A stretch of 64,000 nt of DNA from an uncultured bacterium (GTDB taxonomy: Bacteria; Patescibacteriota; Patescibacteriia; Patescibacteriales; UBA12465): the NCBI GenBank assembly GCA_942492765.1, contig OW818634.1, forward strand, positions 729,159 to 793,158. The letters are read 5' to 3'. Position numbers and translations under genes: made by a program. The notes under the pieces were generated by a model that made no database searches, was not told where the DNA came from, and saw nothing but the letters and a program-made list of their open reading frames with translations. How positions within the stretch are numbered: position 1 is the first letter of the stretch; the number at the start of each line of letters is the position of its first letter. This document shows, piece by piece, positions 17,962-26,002 of this stretch.

Positions 17962-18687
17962 ATGATAATTGGCGGTTTAGAGAAATTAACCCTTCTTGAC
18001 TACCCTGATCATCTAGCGGCTATAATCTTCACCCAAGGATGTAATTTCCGTTGCCACTTTTGTTACAACCCTTTGCTTGTCCTGCCCCTTGAGGGAGGGG
18101 ACGAAAAAAATAAAAAAGAAAAAGGTTTTTCTCCGCTTTCCCAAAAAAACCTTTTTCTTTTTTTAACGGAAAGATTCGGCCGTTTAGAAGGAGTCGTCAT
18201 CACCGGCGGGGAGCCGACTTTGCACCCCGACTTGCCTGACTTCATCAGGAAGATAAAAGAGATCGGTTATCTCGTAAAATTAGATACGAATGGAACTAAT
18301 CCCGGCATGCTGGCCGGGCTTATTCGCGATAAGCTCATCGATTACATCGCGATGGACCTGAAGGCTCCTTTAGCTAGATATAGCGAAGTCGTCGGCGTCT
18401 CGGTTGACTGTAAAAATATCGAAAAAAGTGTTAAGATGATAATTGAGAGCGGCCTGCCTTATGAATTCAGGACGACCGTCGTTCCTGGTTTGCTCGGTCA
18501 GGATGATTTTGAAGCGATGGGCCAATCTATTAAGGGCGCCAAAAAATGGTATCTGCAGAATTTTAAATCCGATACAGGGCTGGTCGACGGCGATTTTCAG
18601 GAAAAGCCGGGCTATAGCGCCAAAGAGATGGCGGAATTCGCCGCCATCGGCCGCAAGCACGTCGATCTCTGCGAAGTGCGCGGATAA
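17962..18687 (+). CDS. nrdG: Anaerobic RNR activating enzyme (radical SAM)
   Basis: CNFRCHFCYNP radical-SAM cluster motif, GVVITGGEPTL and KLDTNG. 241 aa. Confidence 0.9.
   Translation: MIIGGLEKLTLLDYPDHLAAIIFTQGCNFRCHFCYNPLLVLPLEGGDEKNKKEKGFSPLSQKNLFLFLTERFGRLEGVVITGGEPTLHPDLPDFIRKIKEIGYLVKLDTNGTNPGMLAGLIRDKLIDYIAMDLKAPLARYSEVVGVSVDCKNIEKSVKMIIESGLPYEFRTTVVPGLLGQDDFEAMGQSIKGAKKWYLQNFKSDTGLVDGDFQEKPGYSAKEMAEFAAIGRKHVDLCEVRG
18112..18163. repeat. 19-bp perfect inverted repeat inside the nrdG coding sequence
   Basis: AAAAAAGAAAAAGGTTTTT (18112-18130) and AAAAACCTTTTTCTTTTTT (18145-18163) are exact reverse complements around a 14-nt loop. The repeat encodes the KKEKGFSPLSQKNLFLF segment. Confidence 0.85.
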
Positions 18688-18697
18688 TTTTCACAAT

Positions 18698-18937
18698 ATG
18701 CCGGAAATAAACAAGATTGATTTAGAAAAATTAGAGGGATTATTGCAGGATAATCTTAAGAGTAGCGCGGAAGTTCTCAAGGCCGTCAACTCTATCAAGA
18801 AATATATACGTTGGCAGCAGGTTTGGAGCACGCTGCGCTTCTTTCTCATTGCTATTCCGATTGCCCTCGGCTTCATCTATCTTCCGCCGCTCATAAAAGA
18901 CGCGCTCCAAAGCTATAAGACCTTCCTCATCAATTAA
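18698..18937 (+). CDS. Small membrane protein (79 aa)
   Basis: Internal ATG of the 164-aa ORF. The upstream part of that ORF overlaps nrdG out of frame. The product MPEINKIDLEKLEG... ends in a hydrophobic helix FFLIAIPIALGFIYLPPLI. Confidence 0.45.
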   Translation: MPEINKIDLEKLEGLLQDNLKSSAEVLKAVNSIKKYIRWQQVWSTLRFFLIAIPIALGFIYLPPLIKDALQSYKTFLIN

Positions 18938-18968
18938 GTTATAAGCTAATTAAGAATATTCGTTTCTT

Positions 18969-20834
18969 ATGCAAGATATCGCAGTATTCGCCCAGACAAC
19001 TTATCGCAACGAATTCAAGAGATTCGGCATCAAGACCGACGATCGTCGCCGGCATATGTATCTGATCGGAAAGACCGGCATGGGCAAGTCTACTATTTTG
19101 GAGAATATGATCGTGGACGATATTCGCGCCGGACATGGCGTTGCCGTTGTCGATCCCCATGGCGACCTAGCCGAAAAGATTATTGAATTCATCCCTGACG
19201 ATCGGATAAAAGACGTCGTCTATTTCAATCCTTCGGATATAAATTTTCCGATCGCTTTTAACGTCGTGGAACAAGTCGAGCCGCATTTGCGCCATCTCGT
19301 CGCTTCCGGGCTTATCGGCGTCTTTCAGAAATTATGGGCGGATTCTTGGGGACCGCGTTTGGAATATATCTTGCGCAACGCTATTTTGGCGATCTTGGAT
19401 TTTCCAGGATCGACTATCTTGGGCGTCGTGCGCATGCTTTCCGATAAGAATTACCGCAAGCGCGTCGTCGCTAATATCAAGGATCCGGTAGTCAAGGCTT
19501 TCTGGGAAAAGGAATTTTCTGGTTATGCCGATAAGTTCGCTTCTGAGGCTGTCTCTCCTATTCAGAATAAGGTCGGACAATTCTTATCGAGCTCGCTCAT
19601 GAGAAATATCATTGGCCAGGTGAAGTCGGCTATCGATATCCGCGATATCATGGATAGCGGCAAAATCTTGATCATGAATCTGTCTAAGGGACGCATCGGC
19701 GAAGATAATTCCGCGCTTCTGGGTGCGATGATGATCACGAAGATCCAATTAGCGGCCATGAGCCGCGTCGATATCCCGGAAAAAGAGCGCCGCGATTTTT
19801 TCCTGTACATCGACGAATTCCAAAATTTCTCGACCGACAGCTTCGCTAATATCTTATCGGAAGCTCGTAAATACCGGCTTAGCTTGATCTTGGCGCATCA
19901 GTATATTGAACAGCTGAGCGAGAAAGTGAAACCAGCTGTCTTCGGTAACGTTGGCACCATGGTCGTTTTCCGCGTCGGCGCGGCCGATGCCGAAGAGCTA
20001 GTCAAGGAATTCACCCCGACTTTTACAGAAGAGGATATCGTCAACCTGCCTAAGTATGAGATGTATCTGAAACTGATGATCGACGGCATCTCCTCTTCGC
20101 CGTTCTCGGCTAAGGGCTTGCCACCTTTGACCGAATCCGAGAAGACTGGAAATACCCAGAAAGTGATCGATTATTCTAGAGAGAATTATGCCTCTGACAG
20201 GGAATCAGTCGAAGAGAAGATCATGAGCTGGCACGAGAATACCGGAGAAGAAACTGCGCCCACTCCAGTCTTAGCGTCGACGCCGGCCTATCACGCAGCC
20301 GTCTCTGCTTCAAGTTCCGCTCCAGTACCGGCCCCATCTCCTAGCCTAGTTAAATCTCCAGCCGTTGCGCCAGCTCGGCCTTATGTCGCGCCAGCTGCCG
20401 CTCCAGCACCCTCTCGCCCAGCCCCGAAACAGCCGGCGGCCGGAGGCTATGCAGCTATTTGTAATTCTTGCGGCCAGGAAACGACGACCGTCTTTGAACC
20501 AGATGGCGTGCGTCCGGTCTATTGCCGCGATTGTCTTAGCAAAAAAAAAGAAGAGAAGCGCCTAGAATTAGAAAAACGCCAAATAGCCAAGATAGAAGAA
20601 AGGCGCCGCGCTGATGAGGAGGACAAGAAAAGGGAGAATGTTCCGACCTTATCCCTTAATGACTTGGCTAAAGCTGCGCCGCGCGATTTTCGCGGCCGCG
20701 AGATAAAAGCTCGCCCGGCTTCTCCAGTTAAGAAAGAACGAACCTCGTCTGATTGGAAAGATATTCCTTTTCCAGAGCTTCCTTATAAGGAGCAGGATCT
20801 GGCCGAAGGAGAAGACATTACTTTTAAGAATTAG
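18969..20834 (+). CDS. TraD/VirD4-like (type IV secretion coupling protein-like) P-loop ATPase with Pro/Ala-rich linker and C-terminal CxxC...CxxC zinc ribbon
   Basis: Walker A GKTGMGKST, Walker B-like FFLYIDEFQNF and an ARKYRLSLILAHQ motif as in TraG/TraD-family ATPases. C-terminal CNSCGQETTTVFEPDGVRPVYCRDC is followed by a K/E/R-rich tail. Confidence 0.7.
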   Translation: MQDIAVFAQTTYRNEFKRFGIKTDDRRRHMYLIGKTGMGKSTILENMIVDDIRAGHGVAVVDPHGDLAEKIIEFIPDDRIKDVVYFNPSDINFPIAFNVVEQVEPHLRHLVASGLIGVFQKLWADSWGPRLEYILRNAILAILDFPGSTILGVVRMLSDKNYRKRVVANIKDPVVKAFWEKEFSGYADKFASEAVSPIQNKVGQFLSSSLMRNIIGQVKSAIDIRDIMDSGKILIMNLSKGRIGEDNSALLGAMMITKIQLAAMSRVDIPEKERRDFFLYIDEFQNFSTDSFANILSEARKYRLSLILAHQYIEQLSEKVKPAVFGNVGTMVVFRVGAADAEELVKEFTPTFTEEDIVNLPKYEMYLKLMIDGISSSPFSAKGLPPLTESEKTGNTQKVIDYSRENYASDRESVEEKIMSWHENTGEETAPTPVLASTPAYHAAVSASSSAPVPAPSPSLVKSPAVAPARPYVAPAAAPAPSRPAPKQPAAGGYAAICNSCGQETTTVFEPDGVRPVYCRDCLSKKKEEKRLELEKRQIAKIEERRRADEEDKKRENVPTLSLNDLAKAAPRDFRGREIKARPASPVKKERTSSDWKDIPFPELPYKEQDLAEGEDITFKN

Positions 20835-20837
20835 CTT

Positions 20838-21410
20838 ATGTATTTATTTTTTGATACGGAAACGACCGGGTTGCCGAAGAATTATCAAGCGCCGCTTGAT
20901 GATTTTTCGAATTGGCCGCGGATAGTCCAGATCTCTTGGAGCTTGTACGACGACGAGGGCAATCATTGGGAGAGCCAGAATTACATCATCAAGCCTAACG
21001 GCTTCGTCATTTCTGATGAGGTAGCGAAGATCCATCGTATCACTCAAGAGCGCGCTCTCAGGGAAGGCGTCGAATTATCGCTTGCCCTGAATCATTTCTT
21101 GCGCGACGTGAAGACGGCTGATTATCTGGTCGCCCATAATATAGATTTCGATGAGAAGATTGTTGGAGCGGAATTTCTCAGAGAGAATCTGGATAATTAT
21201 GTCACTGGCGCCAATAAGATCTGCACAATGAAGAGCAGCGCCCAGTTCTGCAAGCTGCCGAGCGCGCGCGGCGGCTATAAATGGCCTAATTTGACGGAAT
21301 TATATCGCTGTCTCTTTAAGACAGAATTTCCAGACGCTCATGATGCTGTCTTTGATGTTAAGGCTTGCGCGGAATGCTTTTTTGAGCTAAAAAGAAGGGG
21401 AGCTATTTAG
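20838..21410 (+). CDS. DEDDh 3'-5' exonuclease (DnaQ/epsilon-like)
   Basis: Exo I FDTETTGL, Exo II AHNIDFD and Exo III HDAVFD motifs. Confidence 0.8.
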   Translation: MYLFFDTETTGLPKNYQAPLDDFSNWPRIVQISWSLYDDEGNHWESQNYIIKPNGFVISDEVAKIHRITQERALREGVELSLALNHFLRDVKTADYLVAHNIDFDEKIVGAEFLRENLDNYVTGANKICTMKSSAQFCKLPSARGGYKWPNLTELYRCLFKTEFPDAHDAVFDVKACAECFFELKRRGAI

Positions 21411-21424
21411 ATCACCTCTTAAAT

Positions 21425-23023
21425 ATGGACCAAACCATTGATTATCTCAAAATCGGCAAAGCGACTGATCTGGTCGGCCGTGATCGCAAGATTTATCGAA
21501 TATTAGAGATATTTCCTGGGGCTTTTTCCATCGGCACGCTCATTGTCTTAGCGGTGCTATCCTATTTTAATCCGGTTTTAGTCGCTTATTTGATTATCGC
21601 CTTTGATGTTTATTGGCTATTATTAGTCCTTTACATGGCGATTTTTTTAATTACCTCATATCGCCGCTTAAAGCAGGGCATGAAAACCGATTGGAAGGGC
21701 AAGTGCGCGGCTTTGGCTAGAGGTGAGTTCGATTCCTCTAAAGTCGCTAGCGACGCCCTGATCAGGCAAGGAATCAAACCGGACGATGTCTGGCATCTCT
21801 TGGTCCTGCCGACTTATGAAGAGAGCGTCATCGTGTTAAGCGAATGCTTGCAATCCCTGGCCGAAGACGGCTTCCGGACCGATCGCATGATAGTCGCTCT
21901 GACTTTTGAAGAGAGGTCAGGCTTAGAAGCGGCTAAGAAAAGAGCGGCGGAAATAAAAGATAAGTTTAGCGACAAGTTCGGGCGTCTCTTCATCACTTTC
22001 CATCCGGATGGGCTCGTGGGAGAATTGAAAGGCAAGGGCGCCAATCAAGCCTGGTGCGCGGCTAGAGTCCGTGAAGAGATAATCGAACCGGAGAACTTTG
22101 ACGAGTCTAAGATTCTCGTCAGCGTCTTCGACGTCGACACGGTCGTGAGGCCGGGATATTTTTCCGCGCTGACCTATACTTTCCTGACAGTGACCGATCC
22201 TTATCACACTAGCTATCAGCCGGTCCCGGTCTACCATAATAATATCTGGAACGCGCCCTTCTTCTCTCGGGTGGCCGCAACCTCTAATACTTTCTGGCAG
22301 ATGATCATGCAGATCCGCGAGGAAAGCCTGGTGACTTATTCATCCCATTCCATGACCTGGCAAGCCTTGAAAGAGATTGGTTTCTGGGGGACGAAGAATG
22401 TCTCTGAAGATTCTCGCATTTTCTGGGATTGCCTCATGTATTATAACGGTCATTATCGCGTCGAACCGATCCATTTCGAAGTCTCTATGGATGCCACTTG
22501 CGGCATGACTATCTGGCAGACCGCCAAGAACTTATATAAGCAGCAGCGGCGCTGGGCTTGGGGTGGGGAGAATATCCCTTATCTTATCTTCAATGCCTCT
22601 AAGCGCTGGAAGAATAAGGATTTAGACAAAGGCAAGATTATTGGACATATCATTATCCAAGTCTATGGCTTCCATGCTTGGGCGACTAACGCGCTCATCA
22701 TCGGCGTCATCGGCTGGCTGCCGATGCTGCTCGGCGGTGATCGTTTCAACTCTACGGTCCTATCCGGCAACCTGCCTTATGTCACTCAAAACCTGATGAA
22801 TTTCGCGATGGTCGGCTTGATATTATCAGCCGTCGTTTCGGCCCTGTTATTGCCGAAGAAGCCGGAAGGCTATAAGTTCTGGAAGAAGATATTCATGACT
22901 TTAGAATGGGTGGCCGTCCCGATTACCATCGTTATCTTTGGGGCGGTTCCGTGCCTAGAAGCGCAGATCCGGCTGATGCGCGGCAAATATATGGGCTTCT
23001 GGGTGACTCCGAAAGTGAGATAA
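21425..23023 (+). CDS. Membrane-embedded processive GT2-type glycosyltransferase (cellulose/chitin-synthase-like)
   Basis: N-terminal and C-terminal TM helices flank a cytoplasmic domain. That domain has VFDVDT and the QxxRW motif (QQRRWAWG). Confidence 0.7.
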   Translation: MDQTIDYLKIGKATDLVGRDRKIYRILEIFPGAFSIGTLIVLAVLSYFNPVLVAYLIIAFDVYWLLLVLYMAIFLITSYRRLKQGMKTDWKGKCAALARGEFDSSKVASDALIRQGIKPDDVWHLLVLPTYEESVIVLSECLQSLAEDGFRTDRMIVALTFEERSGLEAAKKRAAEIKDKFSDKFGRLFITFHPDGLVGELKGKGANQAWCAARVREEIIEPENFDESKILVSVFDVDTVVRPGYFSALTYTFLTVTDPYHTSYQPVPVYHNNIWNAPFFSRVAATSNTFWQMIMQIREESLVTYSSHSMTWQALKEIGFWGTKNVSEDSRIFWDCLMYYNGHYRVEPIHFEVSMDATCGMTIWQTAKNLYKQQRRWAWGGENIPYLIFNASKRWKNKDLDKGKIIGHIIIQVYGFHAWATNALIIGVIGWLPMLLGGDRFNSTVLSGNLPYVTQNLMNFAMVGLILSAVVSALLLPKKPEGYKFWKKIFMTLEWVAVPITIVIFGAVPCLEAQIRLMRGKYMGFWVTPKVR

Positions 23024-23048
23024 ATATAAAAATCCTTATATTTAAGCT

Positions 23049-23078
23049 AAAAACACGCTATCCTCGGCGTGTTTTTTT
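23049..23078 (+). terminator. Rho-independent terminator
   Basis: Stem ACACGC / GCGTGT with flanking A-run and T-run. Followed by an extended -10 box TGCTATAAT. Confidence 0.7.
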
Positions 23079-23095
23079 GTGCTATAATAAATAAC

Positions 23096-23527
23096 ATGAT
23101 AAAAAATAGGCTTGGCTCTCGTCCGCGAGTGGCTAGCTTTGGCGCTAAGCCAAACAATCCCTGGTATCGATTTTTTTCCAGCCAGCGCTTCTTGGCGCTC
23201 ATCGGCCTGGTTTTTTTAGTAGTCATCATTTTCCCGCTGGCCCGGACTTATAGCCAAAGGCAGCTGATCGAGAATGAAATTGAAGGAGTCAAGAAGCAGA
23301 TCAGCGCATATGAGAGTCAGAACCAGCAGCTGAAAGAGCTGGCTTTATACCTGCAATCCGAACAGTCCTTGGAAGAGCAGGCGCGTTTGAATCTGAATAT
23401 GAAAAAGCCTGGCGAGGCCGTAGTCGTCATCGAGGACGCTAAGAAGAGCGTCGTCTCTGTTAGCGCCAGTGCATCAGAAGAGAATGTCAGTAATCTGACA
23501 AAATGGTGGCGCTATTATTTCGATTAA
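23096..23527 (+). CDS. FtsB/DivIC-like septum formation protein
   Basis: The start was moved to the ATG downstream of the terminator and -10 box. One TM helix (LALIGLVFLVVIIFPL) is followed by a coiled coil (ENEIEGVKKQISAYESQNQQLKEL). Confidence 0.6.
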   Translation: MIKNRLGSRPRVASFGAKPNNPWYRFFSSQRFLALIGLVFLVVIIFPLARTYSQRQLIENEIEGVKKQISAYESQNQQLKELALYLQSEQSLEEQARLNLNMKKPGEAVVVIEDAKKSVVSVSASASEENVSNLTKWWRYYFD

Positions 23528-23531
23528 AAAA

Positions 23532-23560
23532 ACAGCTTGAGCCCTTACGGGCTAAGCTGT
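23532..23560. terminator. Bidirectional terminator between the ftsB-like gene and the tRNA pair
   Basis: Stem ACAGCTTGAGCCC / GGGCTAAGCTGT (one bulge) with loop TTAC. An A-run lies upstream and T-rich sequence downstream. Confidence 0.7.
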
Positions 23561-23567
23561 TTATCTG

Positions 23568-23640
23568 AGCCGAAGAGGGGAATCGGACCCCTGACCTACG
23601 CGTTACGAGTGCGTTGCTCTACCAGCTGAGCTACTTCGGC
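23568..23640 (-). tRNA. tRNA-Thr (anticodon CGT)
   Basis: The reverse complement folds as a cloverleaf: acceptor GCCGAAG/CTTCGGC, D arm GCTC-AGCTGGTA-GAGC and anticodon loop CTCGTAA. The T arm is AGGGG-TCCGATT-CCCCT. No encoded CCA. Confidence 0.85.
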
Positions 23641-23655
23641 ATCTGGTTTGAGAAA

Positions 23656-23730
23656 TGGAGCGGGTGAGCGGAATCGGACCGCCTTCCTCAGCTTGGGAAG
23701 CTGATGTAATAACCATTATACGACACCCGC
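23656..23730 (-). tRNA. tRNA-Gly (anticodon CCC)
   Basis: The reverse complement has acceptor GCGGGTG/CACCCGC and anticodon stem TCAGC/GCTGA with loop TTCCCAA. The T arm is GGCGG-TCCGATT-CCGCT. The 3' CCA is encoded. Confidence 0.85.
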
Positions 23731-23792
23731 GTCTACTGCTATCTGTCCGCTCAAATCTTAATCATTATAGTCTTAAAAAACGACTTTAGTCA

Positions 23793-25301
23793 ATGAAAAT
23801 ATCTATGAATATTAAATGCAAGAGCTATCTTCTGGTTTTCAGCCTTATCTTCTTATCTTTTCCTGTCTTGACGCGCGCGGCTGATGTTTCTAGCTTAGAG
23901 ATAAAATATGAAGTGGCTGCTTTTACCGCACCCGCCAGCTTGGAGATAAGCGAAAGCGCTGAGGCCGTTAATATTCCCTGGGAATGGCAGAAGCTGTCGT
24001 CTGCTTATGAGTATTCTTTCGTGACGGCTGGCCTATATGATCCGAGCCGCCCTTTGACGTTGAAGATAAATTATCAGCCGAAGAATAATTATCTCAAGCA
24101 GATATTCTCTTATGACTCCTTGTCTAAGACTTGGCGTCCGCTTTTGACCAGTGATAACCCCAAGGAAAAATACGTGACCGCGACGACTGACGCGACTTCC
24201 GGTCGTATCATCGTCTTATATAATCCTGATACCCTGAGCGTGGGCACGGCCAGCTGGTATAAATATAAGGGCGGCCTATTCACGGCTTCGCCTGATTTCG
24301 CGAAAGGCACGGTGCTTCGCGTCTATAATCTCAATAACGGAAAATATGTCGATGTCACGGTCAATGATTGGGGGCCGGAGCGCGATAAGCATCCAGATCG
24401 CGTTGTCGATCTTGATTACGTCGCTTTTTCAAAGATCGCTTCTCCCGGCGCCGGCTTGATTCCGGTGAAAATCGAGACTTTGAAAATTGTCCTTCCGGCC
24501 GTAAAACAGGCCACACCTCAGAATACCAGTAATCTCAATATCACCGCCTCTTCCGCCGTCATCATGCTGGAAAAAGACGGCAGCATCTTGTGGGGCAAGA
24601 ATGAGAAGGAGTCTTCTCCTCTGGCGAGCCTGACTAAGCTAGTGGCTATCAAGATATTCTTGGACACGAATCCGGACTTGAAAAAAGTCGTCACTTATAA
24701 ATATCAGGATGAGAAATATAATTACGCCTATTGCAAGCCTTGGGAGTCGGCGCGCCTGACGGTCAAAGAAGGGGACACCATGACCATTGAGAATCTGGTT
24801 TATAGCGCGCTTGTCGGTTCAGCCAATAACGCCATTGAAAGTCTGGTGCGCGTCAGCGGTCTCAGCCGCAATCAGTTCATCGCCAAGATGAATGAGGCTG
24901 TGAAGGATTGGGGCGCGGGCGAAACGTCTTTTATCGAGCCGACCGGATTATCTCCGGAAAACGTGAGTTCACCTCTTGATTATGCTATAATAACTAAAGA
25001 AGTTTTTGGAAATTCTCTGATTAAGAAGATCAGCACCGCCGCCAAGTATACTTTCAAGACTATCAATACCAAGAAGACTCATACTCTGACGAATACGAAC
25101 CAACTCCTGAAGTCCGGAACCTATCCGATTATCGGCTCGAAGACCGGGTATCTCGAAGAGGCTGGCCATTGCCTGATGACCCGCATCCAGACCGCGAGCG
25201 GAAACCTGATCGCCGTGAATTTCGGATCGCAGAGCAAGGCCGCTAATTTTTCCGATAATGAACAGCTGATCCGTTACGGCCTGCGTCTCATAAAAAAGTA
25301 A
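23793..25301 (+). CDS. Secreted fusion protein: RlpA-like double-psi beta-barrel domain plus D-alanyl-D-alanine carboxypeptidase (S11, PBP5-like)
   Basis: Signal peptide. The RlpA/DPBB-like block is GTASWYKYKGGLFTASPDF..GTVLRVYNLNNGKYVDVTVNDWGP. The S11 motifs are SLTK (SxxK), SAN and KTG. Confidence 0.75.
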   Translation: MKISMNIKCKSYLLVFSLIFLSFPVLTRAADVSSLEIKYEVAAFTAPASLEISESAEAVNIPWEWQKLSSAYEYSFVTAGLYDPSRPLTLKINYQPKNNYLKQIFSYDSLSKTWRPLLTSDNPKEKYVTATTDATSGRIIVLYNPDTLSVGTASWYKYKGGLFTASPDFAKGTVLRVYNLNNGKYVDVTVNDWGPERDKHPDRVVDLDYVAFSKIASPGAGLIPVKIETLKIVLPAVKQATPQNTSNLNITASSAVIMLEKDGSILWGKNEKESSPLASLTKLVAIKIFLDTNPDLKKVVTYKYQDEKYNYAYCKPWESARLTVKEGDTMTIENLVYSALVGSANNAIESLVRVSGLSRNQFIAKMNEAVKDWGAGETSFIEPTGLSPENVSSPLDYAIITKEVFGNSLIKKISTAAKYTFKTINTKKTHTLTNTNQLLKSGTYPIIGSKTGYLEEAGHCLMTRIQTASGNLIAVNFGSQSKAANFSDNEQLIRYGLRLIKK

Positions 25302-25311
25302 ATTTTTCTTT

Positions 25312-25992
25312 ATGATCACCCTGGAAAATGTCTCTAAATCATACGACCATAAGCATAAGGTCCTAAAGGATGTCTCCTTGGCTATCAAGCCGGGAGAATT
25401 TGTCTCGATCGTCGGGCAATCCGGTGCGGGCAAGACGACTTTAGTTCGTCTGCTCATCGGCGAAGAAAGAGCGGACGAAGGCAAGGTCATGATCGGCGAT
25501 TGGGACATTACTCGCCTGCGCCGCCGCGAGATTCCTTATCTGCGCCGCCAGATTGGCGTCATCTTTCAGGATTTCAAACTCTTGCCGAAGAAGACCCTAG
25601 AAGAGAACGTCTCCTTCGCGCTCCAGGTTTCCGGAGGCAAGCCTGATAAGATCAAGAAAGTAGTGCCTAGCGTCTTGAAGATAGTCGGTCTTGATGATAA
25701 GAAGAGGCGCTATCCGAACGAAGTGTCCGGCGGCGAACAGCAGCGCGCGGCCATCGCCCGCGCCCTTGTCCACCAGCCGAAGATATTATTGGCCGATGAA
25801 CCGACTGGGAATCTCGACGCGATCAACGCGGATGAGATCATTAATCTCTTGCTCAGAATAAATAAGTTCGGCACGACCGTTATCCTCGTGACCCATAATA
25901 AGGAGATCGTGAATCGCCTGAATCGCCGGGTAGTGACCATGGAGCACGGCCAGATCATTAGCGACCAAGCGCACGGCAGATATCTGCTTTAA
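25312..25992 (+). CDS. ftsE: Cell division ATP-binding protein FtsE
   Basis: ABC ATPase with GQSGAGKTT, LSGGEQQR and LLADEPTGNLD. Upstream of ftsX. Confidence 0.95.
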   Translation: MITLENVSKSYDHKHKVLKDVSLAIKPGEFVSIVGQSGAGKTTLVRLLIGEERADEGKVMIGDWDITRLRRREIPYLRRQIGVIFQDFKLLPKKTLEENVSFALQVSGGKPDKIKKVVPSVLKIVGLDDKKRRYPNEVSGGEQQRAAIARALVHQPKILLADEPTGNLDAINADEIINLLLRINKFGTTVILVTHNKEIVNRLNRRVVTMEHGQIISDQAHGRYLL

Positions 25993-26002
25993 TTATTTTT
26001 TT

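Noticed and set aside
18443-18937. 164-aa ORF as given in the ORF track
   Set aside because: Its first 85 or so codons overlap nrdG in another frame and are Arg/Ser-rich nonsense-like sequence. Only the part from the internal ATG at 18698 is kept as a candidate gene.
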